DNA of 62,587 bases, filler included, from a bacterium (GTDB lineage Bacteria; JAMOTN01): assembly GCA_027062325.1 (NCBI GenBank). It is 7 parts of 7 records of this genome, joined end to end, with 100 filler letters (N's around TTAATTAATTAA, not from the genome) between each part and the next. Parts side by side here need not be neighbours in the genome. Positions count along the whole stretch, not along the records: positions 38,798 to 47,128 come from JAMOTN010000033.1; positions 47,229 to 54,980 come from JAMOTN010000034.1; 5 more parts are not named here. One strand, 5' to 3'. Shown here in pieces: positions 39,048 through 48,676 of the stretch. The translations under genes were made by a program, and so were the position numbers. Positions within the stretch are counted from its first letter, which is position 1, and each line of letters starts with the position of its first letter. The notes below the pieces were generated by a model that was not told the origin of the DNA, searched no databases, and saw only the letters and a program-made list of their open reading frames with translations.

Positions 39048-40691
39048 CTATTTGAATCTCATTGAAGAAAATCTACAACTGAAAGCTCCTATAACAGAAT
39101 TGTTTTTTTGAAATTTAATATGTATATTACCGTCAAATTTTTTAGCCTTTCTCTCAATTATCAAACTCCCCAAGACTGATAAATTCTTTCCAAAAATATC
39201 TCCATTACAAAAAACATCTCCTTCAATATCCGCATTTTCAAAAAAAACCTCCTGTTTAACATACAACCCCAAAAGCTTACTTTTTCCTTTAACCACAGCT
39301 CCCTTACACGCTATTAACCAATCTTTTTTATTTACCCCATTTACACCTGCTTTTTCGTAAGCAAGCACTCCACTCACATTTTCCAAATACCAGCTGTATC
39401 TGCCAGGTAAAAATTTATATCCTACAAAAACTGCTCTCCTTCTAAGCTCTTTCCATCCCATAAGTTTTAAAGGAGATACAGCAACAGATTCTTCTCCCCT
39501 CTTTGCCCCAAACCTATACGGCCTAGCTTCCCACTTCTGAGCATCATATTCAATCATTTTAGCCCCAAGGGGCTCAAAAGAAACCTTATGGTAAAAAGGA
39601 GCTTTTTTCTCAGTACCAACAGGTCCCGAAATTTTAAGAGGTCTAAAAAGCATGTAAATTTTTCCCTCAACCATACCTGCTAAAATACCAGAATAATTAG
39701 GGATAGTTATAGAAGGTAGTTGAAATCCTCCTTCCGGAATATTTATAGAAGGCAAACTAACAGCTACAGTTGAAACTTCAGCCTCCACTCCACCCACAAC
39801 TATTGTAGAAAGTACAGAGGGCTTTCCAAACGGCAAAAAATACGATGCTCCTCCCTCAAAATATTCAACATCCCACTTCTTAGCTTTATTTTTCAAATTA
39901 GAAAGTTTTCTATAAACCAGCGCTTGATTACTAGGATCCGCTGCAAGTGCAAGAATTTCCGCCCAATCTTTGTTAAGTTCAAATACTCTCTTTAAACCAA
40001 CTGGAACATACGGTTGTTTAGGTAACCACGACACGTAAAATCGCGGCAGCACAGCATAAACACTTCCTGTGGACTCAATTCTGACTTTTCCCTTATCAAC
40101 TCCGTAGTCAATTTGTATTAATGGAGGTTTACAGAGATCAAAAGCCTCACAATTTCTTAATAAAAATGCATAACCAGGAGCAAAACCTTTCCACTCTATC
40201 ACCTTGAAATCAACTGTAAATTTCAAATTTACTTTAAAGTGGCGTGAAGAAAGACAAAGCTGAACCAAATAAAAACCATATTTATCTCCAAATCCATCCA
40301 ATTTAGCTTCTGAATAAAAAACAGCTTCTGCCTCTTCCACCTCTAAAAACGGCAAAATTTCCTTAAATTTCGAAAATAGCTTTCTAAATTCTTTATCTTG
40401 GGTAAAATCTATACATTCTTTCTTAAGAAGCGCACATTTGTAAAAATTCATACGTTGCAAAATCAAATTCTTAAAACTTAAAGCCGCATATTTCAAACGG
40501 TAATACTCCTCTTCATATCTAGTCTTCTTTGAAAATGTAAAAACTGTATTGTAAACATAAGTTACAATTACTAAAACAAAGAATACAAAAGACAAAAGCC
40601 ACAACCACGTAGCTGCTTTTTTAGTATCTTGGAAAGTAGTAGTATTAAAACTGCATTTTTTTAATATTAACCCTTCGCCAAAATTCATCAA
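39048..40691 (-). CDS. large hypothetical protein with PilX-like N-terminus
   Basis: 547 aa; KKAA + TM + amphipathic helix; C-terminal I.G.V..NG...GSLI beta repeats. Confidence 0.55.
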   Translation of the reverse strand: MMNFGEGLILKKCSFNTTTFQDTKKAATWLWLLSFVFFVLVIVTYVYNTVFTFSKKTRYEEEYYRLKYAALSFKNLILQRMNFYKCALLKKECIDFTQDKEFRKLFSKFKEILPFLEVEEAEAVFYSEAKLDGFGDKYGFYLVQLCLSSRHFKVNLKFTVDFKVIEWKGFAPGYAFLLRNCEAFDLCKPPLIQIDYGVDKGKVRIESTGSVYAVLPRFYVSWLPKQPYVPVGLKRVFELNKDWAEILALAADPSNQALVYRKLSNLKNKAKKWDVEYFEGGASYFLPFGKPSVLSTIVVGGVEAEVSTVAVSLPSINIPEGGFQLPSITIPNYSGILAGMVEGKIYMLFRPLKISGPVGTEKKAPFYHKVSFEPLGAKMIEYDAQKWEARPYRFGAKRGEESVAVSPLKLMGWKELRRRAVFVGYKFLPGRYSWYLENVSGVLAYEKAGVNGVNKKDWLIACKGAVVKGKSKLLGLYVKQEVFFENADIEGDVFCNGDIFGKNLSVLGSLIIERKAKKFDGNIHIKFQKNNSVIGAFSCRFSSMRFK

Positions 40692-40860
40692 ATCGGCACC
40701 TCAATAACACGAAAAATCAACTGAAGCATAAAAAATCTTTAATGATATTTTACACCATAAGCCAACTCCATAAAAAACTTTAGGAACCAACTGAGCAAAT
40801 AAAACATTGTTTCAAGGATAAAACAAATAAAATAACCAAAAAATTAACACAAATTAAAAA

Positions 40861-40936
40861 TGGTGGACCGTGCAGGACTTGAACCTGCAACCCGCGGATT
40901 AAGAGTCCGCTGCTCTACCAATTGAGCTAACGGTCC
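40861..40936 (-). tRNA. tRNA-Lys(CTT)
   Basis: GGACCGT/ACGGTCC acceptor, anticodon loop CT-CTT-AA, TTCAAGT T-loop, encoded CCA. Confidence 0.96.
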
Positions 40937-40959
40937 ACCCACTTATCTTTTATCTCCCA

Positions 40960-41036
40960 TGGTGGACGATGCAGGGCTCGAACCTGCGACCTCTGGCGTG
41001 TGAGGCCAGCGCTCTAGCCACCTGAGCTAATCGTCC
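40960..41036 (-). tRNA. tRNA-Val(CAC)
   Basis: GGACGAT/ATCGTCC acceptor, loop CT-CAC-AC, TTCGAGC T-loop, encoded CCA. Confidence 0.96.
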
Positions 41037-41054
41037 ACCTACTTATTTGCAAAA

Positions 41055-41127
41055 TGGCCCTACCGGGATTTGAACCCGGGTCTGATGGTTGAGAACCACC
41101 TATCCTAGACCCCTAGACGATAGGGCC
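41055..41127 (-). tRNA. tRNA-Glu(CTC)
   Basis: GGCCCTA/TAGGGCC acceptor, loop TT-CTC-AA, TTCAAAT T-loop; CCA not encoded. Confidence 0.94.
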
Positions 41128-41146
41128 ATACTTATTTACTATTTCC

Positions 41147-41221
41147 TGGCTGAGGGGGAAGGACTCGAACCTTCACTACGGGATCCAGAGTCCCGCGTCC
41201 TGCCGATTAGACGACCCCTCA
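41147..41221 (-). tRNA. tRNA-Gln(CTG)
   Basis: TGAGGGG/CCCCTCA acceptor (U1-A72), loop CT-CTG-GA, encoded CCA. Confidence 0.96.
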
Positions 41222-41277
41222 GCGTCCATTTTTTCCGACTTAACTTCTGAAAGATTGGACTCCAATATCCGCTTTTT

Positions 41278-41307
41278 ATTTTAAAACCAGCCTCTTCAAT
41301 TTGTCAA
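41278..41307 (-). promoter_or_regulatory. sigma70-type promoter of the tRNA cluster
   Basis: Minus strand TTGACA-N18-TAAAAT, about 55 nt upstream of tRNA-Gln. Confidence 0.6.
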
Positions 41308-41479
41308 GGCCTTTCAAAACTTTCCTAGTACTGACGTGTTTCTCTCATATTGAAACATGGAATTCAATTTTAAGGGCCCTTCTAGAATAAACCTGCTAAA
41401 AATCGGGAATAGATTTTGCACTTTCCTCTATAAAGCCAATTAACACTCTAACTAATCTTTTTTCAAAGGAGGGAGAAAG

Positions 41480-42067
41480 ATGAGCAGAAAAAATTCTAAG
41501 GTTGCTACTAGAAAACCGAAAGAGACTCTTCAAAACAGAACTGTAAATTCAGCAACTGAAAACCAAGAGGCAAAACCAGTTGAGGAACTTCTTGATCAAC
41601 CTATCGAAATTCTAATAAATGGATCACCCTCTGATTTGAGGGTAGATAAAAAAGTTAATGATAATTCTGGTAAGGTTAACAACATTAACCAGCATTCAAA
41701 TCAGCCAGAAACTGAAACATTAAATTCTTTTGTAAGAGTAAATCCCTCAACCGCAGATGAATCAAGCAATAATTTTTTATCCTACTTCAAAAATCTTGAA
41801 AACATGTTGAATGTATTTGAAAACATGAACTCAACTTTAAACAAAATTGGAAAAGTATTACTGGAGCTTTTAGAACAAGACAGATGGATCTCTTTTCACC
41901 TAAGCCAAATTAAAAAAAGGATCTCCTTTTCAAACCTTAAGTTTCCACAATATAAAACATGCAAAAATCTATCCACTGGTAACCCACATTTCAATAGCAA
42001 CTCAACAAAATTTTTTAGAAGCACCAACAAAAATCATCACCAAAATTATAAATTTAAGCATGGATAA
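41480..42067 (+). CDS. hypothetical Asn/Lys-rich protein
   Basis: Strong AAGGAGG RBS, 195 aa, largely low complexity with a central helical segment. Confidence 0.6.
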   Translation: MSRKNSKVATRKPKETLQNRTVNSATENQEAKPVEELLDQPIEILINGSPSDLRVDKKVNDNSGKVNNINQHSNQPETETLNSFVRVNPSTADESSNNFLSYFKNLENMLNVFENMNSTLNKIGKVLLELLEQDRWISFHLSQIKKRISFSNLKFPQYKTCKNLSTGNPHFNSNSTKFFRSTNKNHHQNYKFKHG

Positions 42068-42088
42068 TACATAATTAACTAAAACAAC

Positions 42089-42118
42089 AAAAAGCCCGCA
42101 GGCTTAATACCTGCGGGC
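42089..42118 (-). terminator. rho-independent terminator of the fimbrial-like operon
   Basis: GCCCGCAGG-7nt-CCTGCGGGC stem with a U-tract on the minus strand, between convergent genes. Confidence 0.8.
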
Positions 42119-42148
42119 CAAACTTCTTATAACAACAGCGGTTTATAC

Positions 42149-42640
42149 TTATTGATAATTAGCAACCACCCAGAAGCTTCCGTAGTAATCTCCAGGAGCC
42201 TGAGTTTCCGGAACAGTCACATCTCCACCTATTCTAAAATAAAATGGAGACCATGAACCTGCTGACAGAGAAATTTGCCCACCATTACTAACAATACCCT
42301 GATTATCAGAAAGATTTACAGTAAGAGTATTGGTTCCATCAGATATATCTACAGAAGTAATTGGAGTCGTCAAATCTCCAACAGCAGTAAACATTATAGT
42401 CACGCCCAACAAATTAGAACCAACAACTTCTACACTTGCAGAAGTTGCATCTCCAGGAGTGACAGTAGCGCTATCTCCCTGGACGACATCTCCAAACTCA
42501 ATAGTTGCATAGTTAGAATCTACGATAACTTGAAGAGCTTGAATAACACGACAGTGAATGTGGACCTCTCCTGTTGCCGCTGCAAAAGCATATCCTGCAC
42601 CAACCAACACGAACAAAAGCGCAAACAATACTTTCTTCAT
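42149..42640 (-). CDS. DUF4402/Csu-like fimbrial major subunit
   Basis: GGAGGTG RBS, signal peptide MKKVLFALLFVLVGAGYAFA, IEFGDV, C-terminal IGG.VTVP..QAPGDYYGSF.V.ANY. The ORF track starts at 42724. Confidence 0.75.
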   Translation of the reverse strand: MKKVLFALLFVLVGAGYAFAAATGEVHIHCRVIQALQVIVDSNYATIEFGDVVQGDSATVTPGDATSASVEVVGSNLLGVTIMFTAVGDLTTPITSVDISDGTNTLTVNLSDNQGIVSNGGQISLSAGSWSPFYFRIGGDVTVPETQAPGDYYGSFWVVANYQ

Positions 42641-42767
42641 ACTCCGCACCTCCCTCATTGTCCTGTATCCACTCTTAGCGGACTTTTCATAAAATATTCT
42701 ATTAAACTTATACTTTTTCGTCAACTGTTCGCAACTTTCACCACTGCCTTTCTCCTAAATTAACTAA

Positions 42768-43568
42768 TTACAATTCCACTTCCTTTAGTAAAACCTTATT
42801 CTTTAAATCGTACAATTTTTTATAGTAATAAACCTTAAATATAACCTTCTTATTTTTCAATTTTAGTTTCTTCTTCAACCACGCTAAATCAACTACTAAA
42901 ACCTTCTTAGCAAAAACTCTCTTGGTATAAACTATCTTTTCGGCATCATTATTCACAAGATAGATACCTATTCTCACATTTCTGGTGCCCGTATTCTTGA
43001 AAGTTAACATTCCTTTTGAGTAAATACAATCAATGTTATACTTTGACTTTTCCGGAATATAGTATATCGGCATAGTTGTGAGAAAACCTATGGAAATTGA
43101 AACCCCTACATTTTCCTTACCAGCATTTCTTCTACCAGAGCTCAAACGTGATTTCAAGTTTTGTATAACCAATCTACACTTTGCTTCCTCATTATCCTTT
43201 TTCAATTTGGATAAATACTTTTCTTTTATTCCAATACGCACTTTGAACTTTCCTTTTGGGGGAATAACAACAACTTTAGGAGATAAATAAAGAGATTTCA
43301 AAAAAGTTATATCTTTCTGATTATCAGTTTTCCCAAGAATAAGTTCTCCTGTGGAAGAATAGGTATATGGAATCAGCCACAGCTTGTATCTAACTACTCT
43401 ATCACTTGCTCCATATAAAGTTATATAACCTCTTGGCTTTTTATCTGACAACTTTATCCACGTAGGGACAACTTTGGCAAAATATGGTTCTGCTAATACT
43501 CTATAAGATAAAACAAGCAATACAAACAGCCACAACTTAAACCCCTTTAAGATTCTCACCACAATCAC
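42768..43568 (-). CDS. fimbrial chaperone-like protein (PapD-like)
   Basis: Signal peptide, V.PT.I.L, LSPKVVVIPPKG...VRI, MPIYY, FKNTGTRNVR. Confidence 0.7.
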   Translation of the reverse strand: MIVVRILKGFKLWLFVLLVLSYRVLAEPYFAKVVPTWIKLSDKKPRGYITLYGASDRVVRYKLWLIPYTYSSTGELILGKTDNQKDITFLKSLYLSPKVVVIPPKGKFKVRIGIKEKYLSKLKKDNEEAKCRLVIQNLKSRLSSGRRNAGKENVGVSISIGFLTTMPIYYIPEKSKYNIDCIYSKGMLTFKNTGTRNVRIGIYLVNNDAEKIVYTKRVFAKKVLVVDLAWLKKKLKLKNKKVIFKVYYYKKLYDLKNKVLLKEVEL

Positions 43569-43578
43569 TCCCCCTAAA

Positions 43579-46365
43579 TCAATAAAATTCTATCCACTCT
43601 CCCCCCTTCAAAATCTTTACCCCATCATCATCAACTAAAACTTGTGCTTTACTCCCTATATCAGATTTTAGAGTATATTTTCCAGCTGGCAACCTAACAT
43701 AAAAATATCCACCCTCATAAATTTCAGCCTTTTCCTTATAAGAATCCGAAACAAACTCTAAGGTAGAGCTCTCATTCTTAACTTCTCCTTCCACATCCAC
43801 AACTTTTATCAACCTATATACATACTCATACCTACTTTTATCAACCACGTATATGTTTTGTGGTCCTTCCAAAATCTTATAATTTTCCCCTAAATCAATA
43901 AAAATTGAGTAAAAACCACTGCTTAAAGCTGTTATCAATCTTCCACTCTTAACTTTCCCCAAAACTTTATCATTTGCCAAAACTTCCACATTATTAAGGA
44001 GAATATCTCCTTTGTCATACTTCCCATTTAAATTTCTATCAACGTAGAAGAAGAAATCAACCACACTGCTTCCCAATCCTTCCCCAGCATTGAATTTGAT
44101 ACTTTTTTTCGAAGCCAGCATGCCTATCCTGTGATAAAAGTTCAGACTCCAGTCTAACTTTTCTTTATACTTAGCATCCAACCTACATCTCAAACCCTTA
44201 AATACAAAATTTGTTGTGAAAGATGGAAGAAACTTAGAACCATCTCTTACAAGGTTAAAAGAGTAAACATCCTTTCCCACAAATTTTCTATAGGAAAATC
44301 CCACTAAACTACCAGTTGAGGAAAAATCAAAATCAAACTTCCCTCTATGTAAAGCATAAAGCGAAACTCCATAAACAAAATTTGAAAAAAAGTTTGATGA
44401 GTATATGAACTTACCTCTTACATTCAAAGACATTAATCCAGGTACCAGAGCCAAAGCCAAATTATTTCTCAAAGTCAGGCGCCAATCTTCACGCTTCTCC
44501 AAGTCCACAGCGAGGTAGTACCTGTCATTTCTAAATAAAACTCCGCTCATATATCCATCAACATGCTCAAAATCCGTATTTAGCATGAGTTTAAATCTCT
44601 TACCTAAAAACTTAATAGTTGTATCCAACATTCCACTAGCCTCTCCCTCAGAAAAACCGAACAAAGCTTTAGTAAGCTTGGTATTATACTCTACTTCTCC
44701 CTTCCAATCGTCACTAATTTTAAAAAACCTCAAACTCAAATTCGTCAGCGGGGCAACTCCATACGAAAATTCAAACTTTGAGTTTGAAAAGCCAGGATTC
44801 AAAGCTATATCAAATATCCCTTTCTTATAAGGAGCAATACGGACACTTGGTCTAATATTTTTTTCTATTATTTTTACAGCTCCGTATTTATCAACAATTA
44901 CAACCTTCAGCGGAGAACTCTGATAATAAACTTTTATTTTATAACTGGCAGGAATATTCCCTTCTTTGAATTCTTTCAACATTTTCCCATTGTAAAAAAT
45001 ACTTACTCTCCTCGCATCCCCATACTCAGATAAATCAATTGTATAGTATCCATACTCATCAAAATCAGAGGGATAATTATTAAAACTAACAATCATTTTT
45101 CTATTTTGAGTATAATATGAAAATTTCAACTTTCCACTTGGTCTGAACTTAACCGATCCTTCTATCAAATTCCCAACTTCAAAACCTCCTTCATTTAAAT
45201 TCGATGAAAACGAAAGGTTAAAGACGGAAAACCCAACATCATAGTTAGCCTGCGAAGAAAAGTCCACTTTACCATTTTTAACAGAAAAATATATGTTATT
45301 ATTGGCAACCAAGGAACTATACTGAGCCTCTCTTTTTTGAGAAGCCAGGGCCACTTCCCTCAAATCAAAATTTTTATTATCTCCATCTCCCATTCTTTTA
45401 AATAAAGCATTAATAATGCTTTGATCCTCTGTTTTTAAAAATACTGCTCCATTTGAAGGAACATAGAACAACTTAATAACATTAAAAGCTTTGTTAAAAT
45501 CATCCAAACTTAATACGCGACTGCGCACACCTAAACCACTTTTCAACAAATCCTTTTCAGAAACAAACTCAATTTTACACAACTCCTTACCGTCCTTAAT
45601 AACAACTGACTTTCTCTTATTAAAATCAAAAAAATCCTTAAACTTAAGCACTTTATCTTTACTAAATAAAAAAACTTTTAAATCCTGCCCTTCTTTTTCA
45701 TAATAAATTCCAACTCTTTTAAAAAACGGAAGTAAATCTAAAAAAACCTTTATCTCCTCTCCACCCATATAAGCACCTAGAAACCTGACTTCTTTCAGCA
45801 AAATCATTCTTCTAAAAAATACCGGCATATACATTTCAAATAATTCTACAGAAACATTTTCCTCGTTTATTCCATCTACTTCATAAAGTGTTGGTGTACA
45901 GAACTCATCGGGAGCAACATTTTTTACAACCACATTTGAAGACTTCAACATTTTAACAATGGGAGTTTTTACAGTAAAAAAGCGTCTTTCAATCGGCATT
46001 GAAACAACATATAAATTTTCATCTTTTGAAACACGTCTATACACTTTCTCATCCAAATCAAGTAAATATCTGATGCCAGAAGGAAGATTTTTTAAATCAA
46101 AATTATTATTAGCTAGGATTGTATTAAATAACCTAGAATGATGTCTAGAGGATTGGGAAACCATACCAAACTTTTTGCTAAGCCTCACATCCAAATTTAC
46201 AATTTGAGAAGGAGGCTCTTTTTCTACTTTTATAAATACAACATTCAAAAACAACAACAGAACGAATATCAATCCCAAAAAAAGCAATACTTTAAAGCGA
46301 TTACTTTTAGAAATTTTTAAATTTTCAAATTTCATTTTAGCTAACCTCTGCTTATAAAGCAGCAT
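43579..46365 (-). CDS. divergent fimbrial usher-like outer-membrane protein
   Basis: 928 aa with long alternating beta-strand pattern; plug-like VSIFYNG...LKVVIVDKYG; C-terminal F.VDRNLNGKYDKGD and GYFYVRLPAGKYTL; lies between subunit and chaperone genes. Confidence 0.62.
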   Translation of the reverse strand: MLLYKQRLAKMKFENLKISKSNRFKVLLFLGLIFVLLLFLNVVFIKVEKEPPSQIVNLDVRLSKKFGMVSQSSRHHSRLFNTILANNNFDLKNLPSGIRYLLDLDEKVYRRVSKDENLYVVSMPIERRFFTVKTPIVKMLKSSNVVVKNVAPDEFCTPTLYEVDGINEENVSVELFEMYMPVFFRRMILLKEVRFLGAYMGGEEIKVFLDLLPFFKRVGIYYEKEGQDLKVFLFSKDKVLKFKDFFDFNKRKSVVIKDGKELCKIEFVSEKDLLKSGLGVRSRVLSLDDFNKAFNVIKLFYVPSNGAVFLKTEDQSIINALFKRMGDGDNKNFDLREVALASQKREAQYSSLVANNNIYFSVKNGKVDFSSQANYDVGFSVFNLSFSSNLNEGGFEVGNLIEGSVKFRPSGKLKFSYYTQNRKMIVSFNNYPSDFDEYGYYTIDLSEYGDARRVSIFYNGKMLKEFKEGNIPASYKIKVYYQSSPLKVVIVDKYGAVKIIEKNIRPSVRIAPYKKGIFDIALNPGFSNSKFEFSYGVAPLTNLSLRFFKISDDWKGEVEYNTKLTKALFGFSEGEASGMLDTTIKFLGKRFKLMLNTDFEHVDGYMSGVLFRNDRYYLAVDLEKREDWRLTLRNNLALALVPGLMSLNVRGKFIYSSNFFSNFVYGVSLYALHRGKFDFDFSSTGSLVGFSYRKFVGKDVYSFNLVRDGSKFLPSFTTNFVFKGLRCRLDAKYKEKLDWSLNFYHRIGMLASKKSIKFNAGEGLGSSVVDFFFYVDRNLNGKYDKGDILLNNVEVLANDKVLGKVKSGRLITALSSGFYSIFIDLGENYKILEGPQNIYVVDKSRYEYVYRLIKVVDVEGEVKNESSTLEFVSDSYKEKAEIYEGGYFYVRLPAGKYTLKSDIGSKAQVLVDDDGVKILKGGEWIEFY

Positions 46366-46371
46366 GGTATA

Positions 46372-46884
46372 TCACAACAAATTTGCAACTACATAAAGAG
46401 TACCGTAGTAATCTCCTTCTATTGCCTTTTTAGGAACTTTAATTTTTCCACATATCTTAATTCGCAATCTTTTTTTAAAAAAGAATAAGTTACTCCCTCC
46501 ATTTTTGACAATTTCCTGGTTATCCCTTAGTTTTACTACTAATGGTTTTACATCCGTAATAGGTGTAGGCATAAAACCATCCCAAAAAAGCTTCACCTTA
46601 GTAGTAGGTGATAAGCTCGAATCAGAAGCATCTACAAACCTAACTTCAAAAATAACATTTCCCGAAGTTCGAACAATCACCTTAGCTGCATCAGTAGAAT
46701 TACAAGGCACTTTTTTAGAATCACCTATAACAACATCTCCAAATTCTAGTAGATCATCCCTAACTATAACTTTTACAAAATTCCTCCTTCCAGGAAATGG
46801 AAAAGGAAAAAAAGTTCCACTATAATTTTCACTTAAAAACATGAAAAGAAATAATATTATTGTAAATACCAATACTTTCCCCAT
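46372..46884 (-). CDS. DUF4402/Csu-like fimbrial minor subunit
   Basis: Signal peptide; LEFGDVV, L.V.L.DNQ.IV.NGG and GDYYG...VVAN shared with 42149..42640 (paralogs). Confidence 0.7.
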   Translation of the reverse strand: MGKVLVFTIILFLFMFLSENYSGTFFPFPFPGRRNFVKVIVRDDLLEFGDVVIGDSKKVPCNSTDAAKVIVRTSGNVIFEVRFVDASDSSLSPTTKVKLFWDGFMPTPITDVKPLVVKLRDNQEIVKNGGSNLFFFKKRLRIKICGKIKVPKKAIEGDYYGTLYVVANLL

Positions 46885-47030
46885 ATCTATATGATATTAC
46901 ACTTTACAATCAATATCAAAATAGCAAGACTTAATCACAAATAGGTAAAAACAATAAAAAAACTAACTATTAAATGGGTGATAAAACTCAAACGAGTCAA
47001 AAATAAAAAAAATGAAAAAAAAATAAAAAA

Positions 47031-47128
47031 GGGCTGGCGGACACCTATTTTTCCACCCCTTCCCGGCGGGGCAGTATCGTCGGCTGTAGGGGGCTTAACT
47101 TCCGGGTTCGGCATGGCTCCGGGTGTTT
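47031..47128 (-). rRNA. rrf: 5S rRNA, 5' truncated by contig end
   Basis: Minus strand ACACCCG..CCATGCCGAACCCGGAAGTTAAGC...GCCGACGATACTG...TAGG..CCGCCAG. Confidence 0.93.
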
Positions 47129-47228
47129 NNNNNNNNNNNNNNNNNNNNNNNNNNNNNNNNNNNNNNNNNNNNTTAATTAATTAANNNNNNNNNNNNNNNN
47201 NNNNNNNNNNNNNNNNNNNNNNNNNNNN
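47129..47228. other. artificial contig linker
   Basis: N44-TTAATTAATTAA-N44. Confidence 0.99.
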
Positions 47229-47304
47229 AGGCAAGAGCACTTAAAGTTAAGGCACGTTAATTGAGATTAATTTATATTAGCCGGTTTGGGCAATTTTACT
47301 CAGT

Positions 47305-47934
47305 TTGAATTCGGGGGTAATAAAGGTGGTATTTCTAGAGCCCATTTTTAAGCTGTTTCAATTCTTATGGTGGGTATTGGTTGAGATACCAATCGGTGGA
47401 GTAGCGTGGGTTGTAAGCAAAATTTTGGAATTTTTATTTGCCCCCTTTGTAAAGCTTGCAAACTTATCAAAAGTTAAAAAGTTGGAAGAAGATACAAACA
47501 AGTGTACTCCTACAAAGCATCTTGGAGAGCCAACAGGAACGTGTGTTGTGTGTGGAAAGTCTGTTTGTGATGTGTGTGAAATAAAGATAAGGGGTGTGCG
47601 ATATTGCTATGATTGTTATAGGAAACTCTACTTTGCGGCAGAGGAATGGGAGAAGCAGAAAAAAGAGCAATTCAAAAGGAATATAATAGCGTTGATTGAC
47701 TTTATGGCAAGGTTTGTTCTTTTTATGGTTATGGTTGCAATGGTATCTTATATAGGCTTGTGGTTTTTTGCTATAGTGTGGAGTTTTTATAGGCCAGGAG
47801 ATGTTTATAACTTACTTCAAGAGCTGCAAAGATTTCACATCAAGGGAGTTATACACCAGTTGGGACCGACGTGGAGTAGTATAAAGGGAAGTATAAATGA
47901 ATTCTTCTACGGAAGTAGAGAAGTGGAATTTTGA
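47305..47934 (+). CDS. membrane protein with B-box-like zinc finger
   Basis: C-x4-H...CVVCGKSVCDVC...YCYDC flanked by hydrophobic helices. Confidence 0.65.
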   Translation: MNSGVIKVVFLEPIFKLFQFLWWVLVEIPIGGVAWVVSKILEFLFAPFVKLANLSKVKKLEEDTNKCTPTKHLGEPTGTCVVCGKSVCDVCEIKIRGVRYCYDCYRKLYFAAEEWEKQKKEQFKRNIIALIDFMARFVLFMVMVAMVSYIGLWFFAIVWSFYRPGDVYNLLQELQRFHIKGVIHQLGPTWSSIKGSINEFFYGSREVEF

Positions 47935-47986
47935 TGGTTTCAATCTTTAATTTACTTAGCTTCGACTATAAATCTGGAGGTAGGAG

Positions 47987-48676
47987 ATGGGAGAAGGAAG
48001 GGAAAAAGAAAAGGTTAATAGTTCAGAGATGGTAGAGGAGTATACCTTTCTTGATAAAGTAAGATGGCATCTTGCATGGGCTGCTATGTATGGATTCTAT
48101 CTTCTAGTTTGGCCAATATATGCCTTGTTGCATCCTGTTTACACATACAAAAAAGTAATAAAGCCTTTCTGTGCTTGGTTGTGGAAAAAGTGCTGGTTTT
48201 ATCTTGTAGTATTTGGGGTATTTGCTATTGATCAGCTTTCAAAATTGTGGGTAACTAGTTACGTGAAAAAATATGGACAAATTCCAGTTATAAAGGATGT
48301 TCTACATCTAGTATTTGTTATGAATCCAGGAGCTGCCTTTGGAATACTTCCAAATAAAAAGTGGTTGTTTGTGGGGATATCTCTTATTACGATTGGTTTA
48401 ATAATGTATTATGAGAAAAATATAAAAAGTTGGTGGTTAAAAACAGCCTTAGCTTTTTTGATGGGCGGTGGACTTGGCAACCTTTACGATAGAATAAAAT
48501 ATGGAGCGGTTATTGATTTTATAGATGTCAGATTTATAGATTGGCCGGTGTTTAACCTTGCTGATGTTTTTATAGACATAGGAGTCGGCATGTTTATAGC
48601 TGAGATAATATTTGGAAGTGAAGAGGATTTTGACAATATACTAAAAGAGGATGATGAAAATGGTGAACTTTCCTAA
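47987..48676 (+). CDS. lspA: lipoprotein signal peptidase II with N-terminal extension
   Basis: DQLSK, NPGAAFG, GGLGNLYDR, VIDFID, FNLAD. Confidence 0.93.
   Translation: MGEGREKEKVNSSEMVEEYTFLDKVRWHLAWAAMYGFYLLVWPIYALLHPVYTYKKVIKPFCAWLWKKCWFYLVVFGVFAIDQLSKLWVTSYVKKYGQIPVIKDVLHLVFVMNPGAAFGILPNKKWLFVGISLITIGLIMYYEKNIKSWWLKTALAFLMGGGLGNLYDRIKYGAVIDFIDVRFIDWPVFNLADVFIDIGVGMFIAEIIFGSEEDFDNILKEDDENGELS

Noticed and set aside
40861-41221. tRNA cluster as an integration site for the fimbrial operon
   Set aside because: No integrase and no duplicated tRNA 3' end seen; the operon lies upstream of the tRNAs.
46978-47184. 68-aa ORF on + strand
   Set aside because: Antisense to the 5S rRNA gene and runs into the linker.
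47229-47260. Possible ribosomal protein C-terminus (ARALKVKAR*) at the contig start
   Set aside because: Only nine codons; too short to identify.
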